64,000 bases of DNA from Piromyces finnis finn (Eukaryota > Fungi > Neocallimastigomycota), in assembly GCA_002104945.1 (NCBI GenBank), contig MCFH01000043.1, forward strand, positions 310,001 through 374,000. The letters are read 5' to 3'. The position numbers and the translations under genes were made by a program. This document shows, piece after piece, positions 61,054 through 64,000 of the stretch (the stretch's first letter is position 1; every line of letters starts with the position of its first letter). Under the pieces are notes generated by a model that was not told the origin of the DNA, searched no databases, and was given only the letters and a program-made list of their open reading frames with translations.

Positions 61054-62264
61054 AAAAAAAAGTCAATTATATTTTTTTTCTCAATATATATATATAAATT
61101 AAAAAAGAAAGGAAAATGAAGTAAAAAAAAAAATAGTTAAAAATAAATAAGCAACAACAACAAATAGTAAATGATAAATGATAATACACACATACTAAAA
61201 AAAAAGTATAAATTAATGTAATAACATAGAATGTAAATTTCACACTAGTACAAAATATAGAATTAAGGGAGAAAAAAAATAATTATAGAGTAAATAGTCA
61301 TCATACTTTGAAGCGTACTATTAAAAAATGCTATAAAATAAAAAGCATATTCGGGAGGGCTTAATTATTATAAATGATACACTCTTAAAAGTAATTATAT
61401 ATTTACGTAGTATGTATGTACATTGAAATACAATACAGTTATAATAAGATTTTTTTTTTTTTTTTTTTTTTCAACACTATTATTATTCATTATTAATAAA
61501 TGTATCTTCTTTTGTTTATCTCACTAAACTATTTTATTAATGATAAACTAAAAAATAATATATGTTGATGTATTATTATAAAATACTATATTTTTTTTTT
61601 TTTAAAAAAAAAGATTTTAATAGTACTTTTTCAGCATAGAAAATAAGAATGTTAAAAAGAAAAAAGTATTTATAATCAAAGAAACTAAAAACTATTTTAA
61701 ATAAACTTTTCTATAACAATTTAATATATGCCAAAAAAAAAAAAATAAAAAAAAAATAAAGAAAGATAAAATAGTTAATAAAATAGTTAATAATAATAAT
61801 AATAATAATAATATATTGCTTAATAGAATTTTTATTTTTATTTTTTATGATTTTTCGCATTTATATTTATATATTCAATATTAGAATTATTTACAAAAAC
61901 AAAACAGCAATAATGAAATTAATAATTCATTATTGTTATTATTTATATGTTAATGATATATACGTAATTAATGAGTTTTTTTTTTAGTAAATGATTATAT
62001 ATAATGATGATAGGGATAAAAGTTAAAGAAAATATATTATTATAAATTATTGACTTTTTTTTTTTCGTAATATATATATGTATATTCAATTATGGTTAAT
62101 AAATTTTTATATTATGTATATGGTCGACTGTTTTTTTATATTTTTTTTTTTTGATAATAATGATGATAATAGATAATAATAATAATAATAATTTTTTTTA
62201 TTACTTTATTTTTTGAAAGAAAAGAAAAAACAAAGGAAATAAAAAATAATACATATATTATATA

Positions 62265-64000
62265 TTAATCACCACCACCACCACCACAGTCACCACAATC
62301 CCCACCACAATCTCCATTACTACTATCCCATCCTCCATCCCATCCACCATCTATATTACTACCATAATGGCTACCACTTTGATTGCCTATATCAATTAAT
62401 ACATCCAACATTTTCAACTGAAAGTCAAATATCTCTTCATATAAGTCTTTTGGCATGACAAATCTTCCTTTTGATTTATAAAATAAATTATAAACTTCTC
62501 TTGCGTTTCTTTGTAAATGCCCATAATATACAGAACGTTCTGATTTTATCGTATAATTAGATAATTTAATGTTCATCTGACTTTCATATTCCTTTTGATA
62601 TTGATTATTTTTTATTTTACCTAAAATTATGGATGGATCATCCTCAAGTATTTTATTTTTTTTAAATATACCAAATATACTCTTACGTTTTTCGCTTTTT
62701 TCATTTTTCAATATGGCGTATGGGTAGACGGGTTGTATTAATAGTTCCGATACTTCATTATTAGGAAATTCGTTTGCAATTTCAAGCGGAGATTTTCCTT
62801 GTTTATTTTTAATATGAGGATTGGCATGATGGAAGGCTAATAAATCTACTATATATTTATTATAAGATTCTACGGCATAATGAAGTGCTGTATTACCTAA
62901 ATAATCTTGTTGATTAATATCCTGATCTCCTGAAAATATCAAGAATTTTATATGATCACGTAGATTGAGTTTTGAAGAAAAAATAATTAAATTTTCCTTA
63001 TTATCATTAACATCTTTTATATACCTATTATTTCTTTTTAGTAAATTATAGGAAGAATCATAATCGTTATATAAAAAAAAATACATGGCTAAATTATTAC
63101 CATAGTTATCTTTATAATCCAAATCAAAGGTTTTATGATACATGATTAAATTTACGATAGATTTAACATTAAGACTACTGTAAAGTTTAAATATTTCGGG
63201 TTTAATGGCTGAACAAAGACTACTACAACTCATTCCTTTTTTATTTTTTATGGATAAATCTAAATCTTTATAGTTCATTAAAAGTAAAAGAACTGTATAC
63301 CAATCGTTTATAGCCATAAAAAACATGAATGGTGTATTTCCTTCTTCATCAATTCCGATATTGAAATTAACATTTTGTTCAACTAATATTTTTATTATTT
63401 CAAGGTACGATCTAATTTCTTCCTTGTTTTCATTTTGATAGCATTCATAATATTTTTTAATAAGAAGAGAAAGAGCCGTTTCACCAAAACCATTTTTAAA
63501 ATCAAAATTAACACAATTTTGTGTTTCAATTAAAGTTGTTAATTCTTCATACCGTCCATCCTCAATTAAATACATTACTGCAGTTCGTTCATCATTATTA
63601 TAAATATTTAAATAAACATTTTTACATTCTAATATTAATTTAATGGGTTTATATATTTTATTTTTACAACAGTAGGTTAAAATAGAATCATTATTCTTGT
63701 TTAAATGATTAATATCAATTCCTGAATCAATTAGTAATTTAAAGGCCTCAGGATTATTTACAGCATGAAATAAGGCTGTTTGTCCATCTTTATCAGTCAT
63801 TTTTAATATATTATCATTATCAATAAAGTAATTAATGTATGTTAAAAGTTTAGGAATTTTAACAACATACATCATAGCCGTCATTCCTTTTTCATCTTTA
63901 ATACAAAGATTTACCTCCATAGATAATAGCCAATTTATAGCATCTTCATTTCCTTTAGCACATGCTTTTACCAAAACATCACTTTCTCTAAACATTACTA
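62265..64000 (-). CDS. Ankyrin-repeat protein, array member 6, 5'-truncated by the window edge, with Gly/Asp-rich C-terminal tail
   Basis: FRESDVLVKAC lies about 85 aa into the paralogs, and the frame is open to the window end, so the true start lies beyond 64000. Motifs DEKGMTAMM, DKDGQTALFHA, DEEGNTPFMFF and QQDYLGNTALHYA. Confidence 0.9.
   Translation of the reverse strand, partial: VMFRESDVLVKACAKGNEDAINWLLSMEVNLCIKDEKGMTAMMYVVKIPKLLTYINYFIDNDNILKMTDKDGQTALFHAVNNPEAFKLLIDSGIDINHLNKNNDSILTYCCKNKIYKPIKLILECKNVYLNIYNNDERTAVMYLIEDGRYEELTTLIETQNCVNFDFKNGFGETALSLLIKKYYECYQNENKEEIRSYLEIIKILVEQNVNFNIGIDEEGNTPFMFFMAINDWYTVLLLLMNYKDLDLSIKNKKGMSCSSLCSAIKPEIFKLYSSLNVKSIVNLIMYHKTFDLDYKDNYGNNLAMYFFLYNDYDSSYNLLKRNNRYIKDVNDNKENLIIFSSKLNLRDHIKFLIFSGDQDINQQDYLGNTALHYAVESYNKYIVDLLAFHHANPHIKNKQGKSPLEIANEFPNNEVSELLIQPVYPYAILKNEKSEKRKSIFGIFKKNKILEDDPSIILGKIKNNQYQKEYESQMNIKLSNYTIKSERSVYYGHLQRNAREVYNLFYKSKGRFVMPKDLYEEIFDFQLKMLDVLIDIGNQSGSHYGSNIDGGWDGGWDSSNGDCGGDCGDCGGGGGD

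Noticed and set aside
61041-62264. Spliced ACT-domain exon for the PDT gene using the GTAAAA at 61045 as a donor
   Set aside because: I found no ACT-like coding sequence in the downstream AT-rich interval before the convergent ankyrin gene. RNA-seq would be the definitive test.

Overview
Extremely AT-rich eukaryotic DNA with GT-AG introns, long homopolymers and microsatellites. The gene content (scaffoldin-like Cys-rich repeat proteins, a CBM18-CE4 deacetylase, an expanded intronless ankyrin family) points to an anaerobic gut fungus (Neocallimastigomycota; inferred). I reconstructed three spliced genes that the ORF track misses or fragments: a 7-exon CCDC25/Jlp2 gene (12613-14472, -) and two tandem scaffoldin-like genes (15840-21239 and 23008-28304, -). 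The two scaffoldin-like genes have identical three-exon structure, including a 17-nt first coding exon. Other genes are a 964-aa disordered protein, an EEA1-like coiled-coil FYVE protein, an unknown GPI-anchored Cys-rich protein and a 4xCBM18 chitin deacetylase. The most unusual part is 46.9-64 kb: an array of six paralogous intronless ankyrin-repeat genes sharing an unrecognised N-terminal helical domain and a variable C-terminal tail. One copy is frameshifted in an A17 run. Embedded in the array is an intronless, ACT-less, bacterial-looking prephenate dehydratase domain gene with altered signature motifs. No rRNA, tRNA, CRISPR array or intact transposon could be supported.
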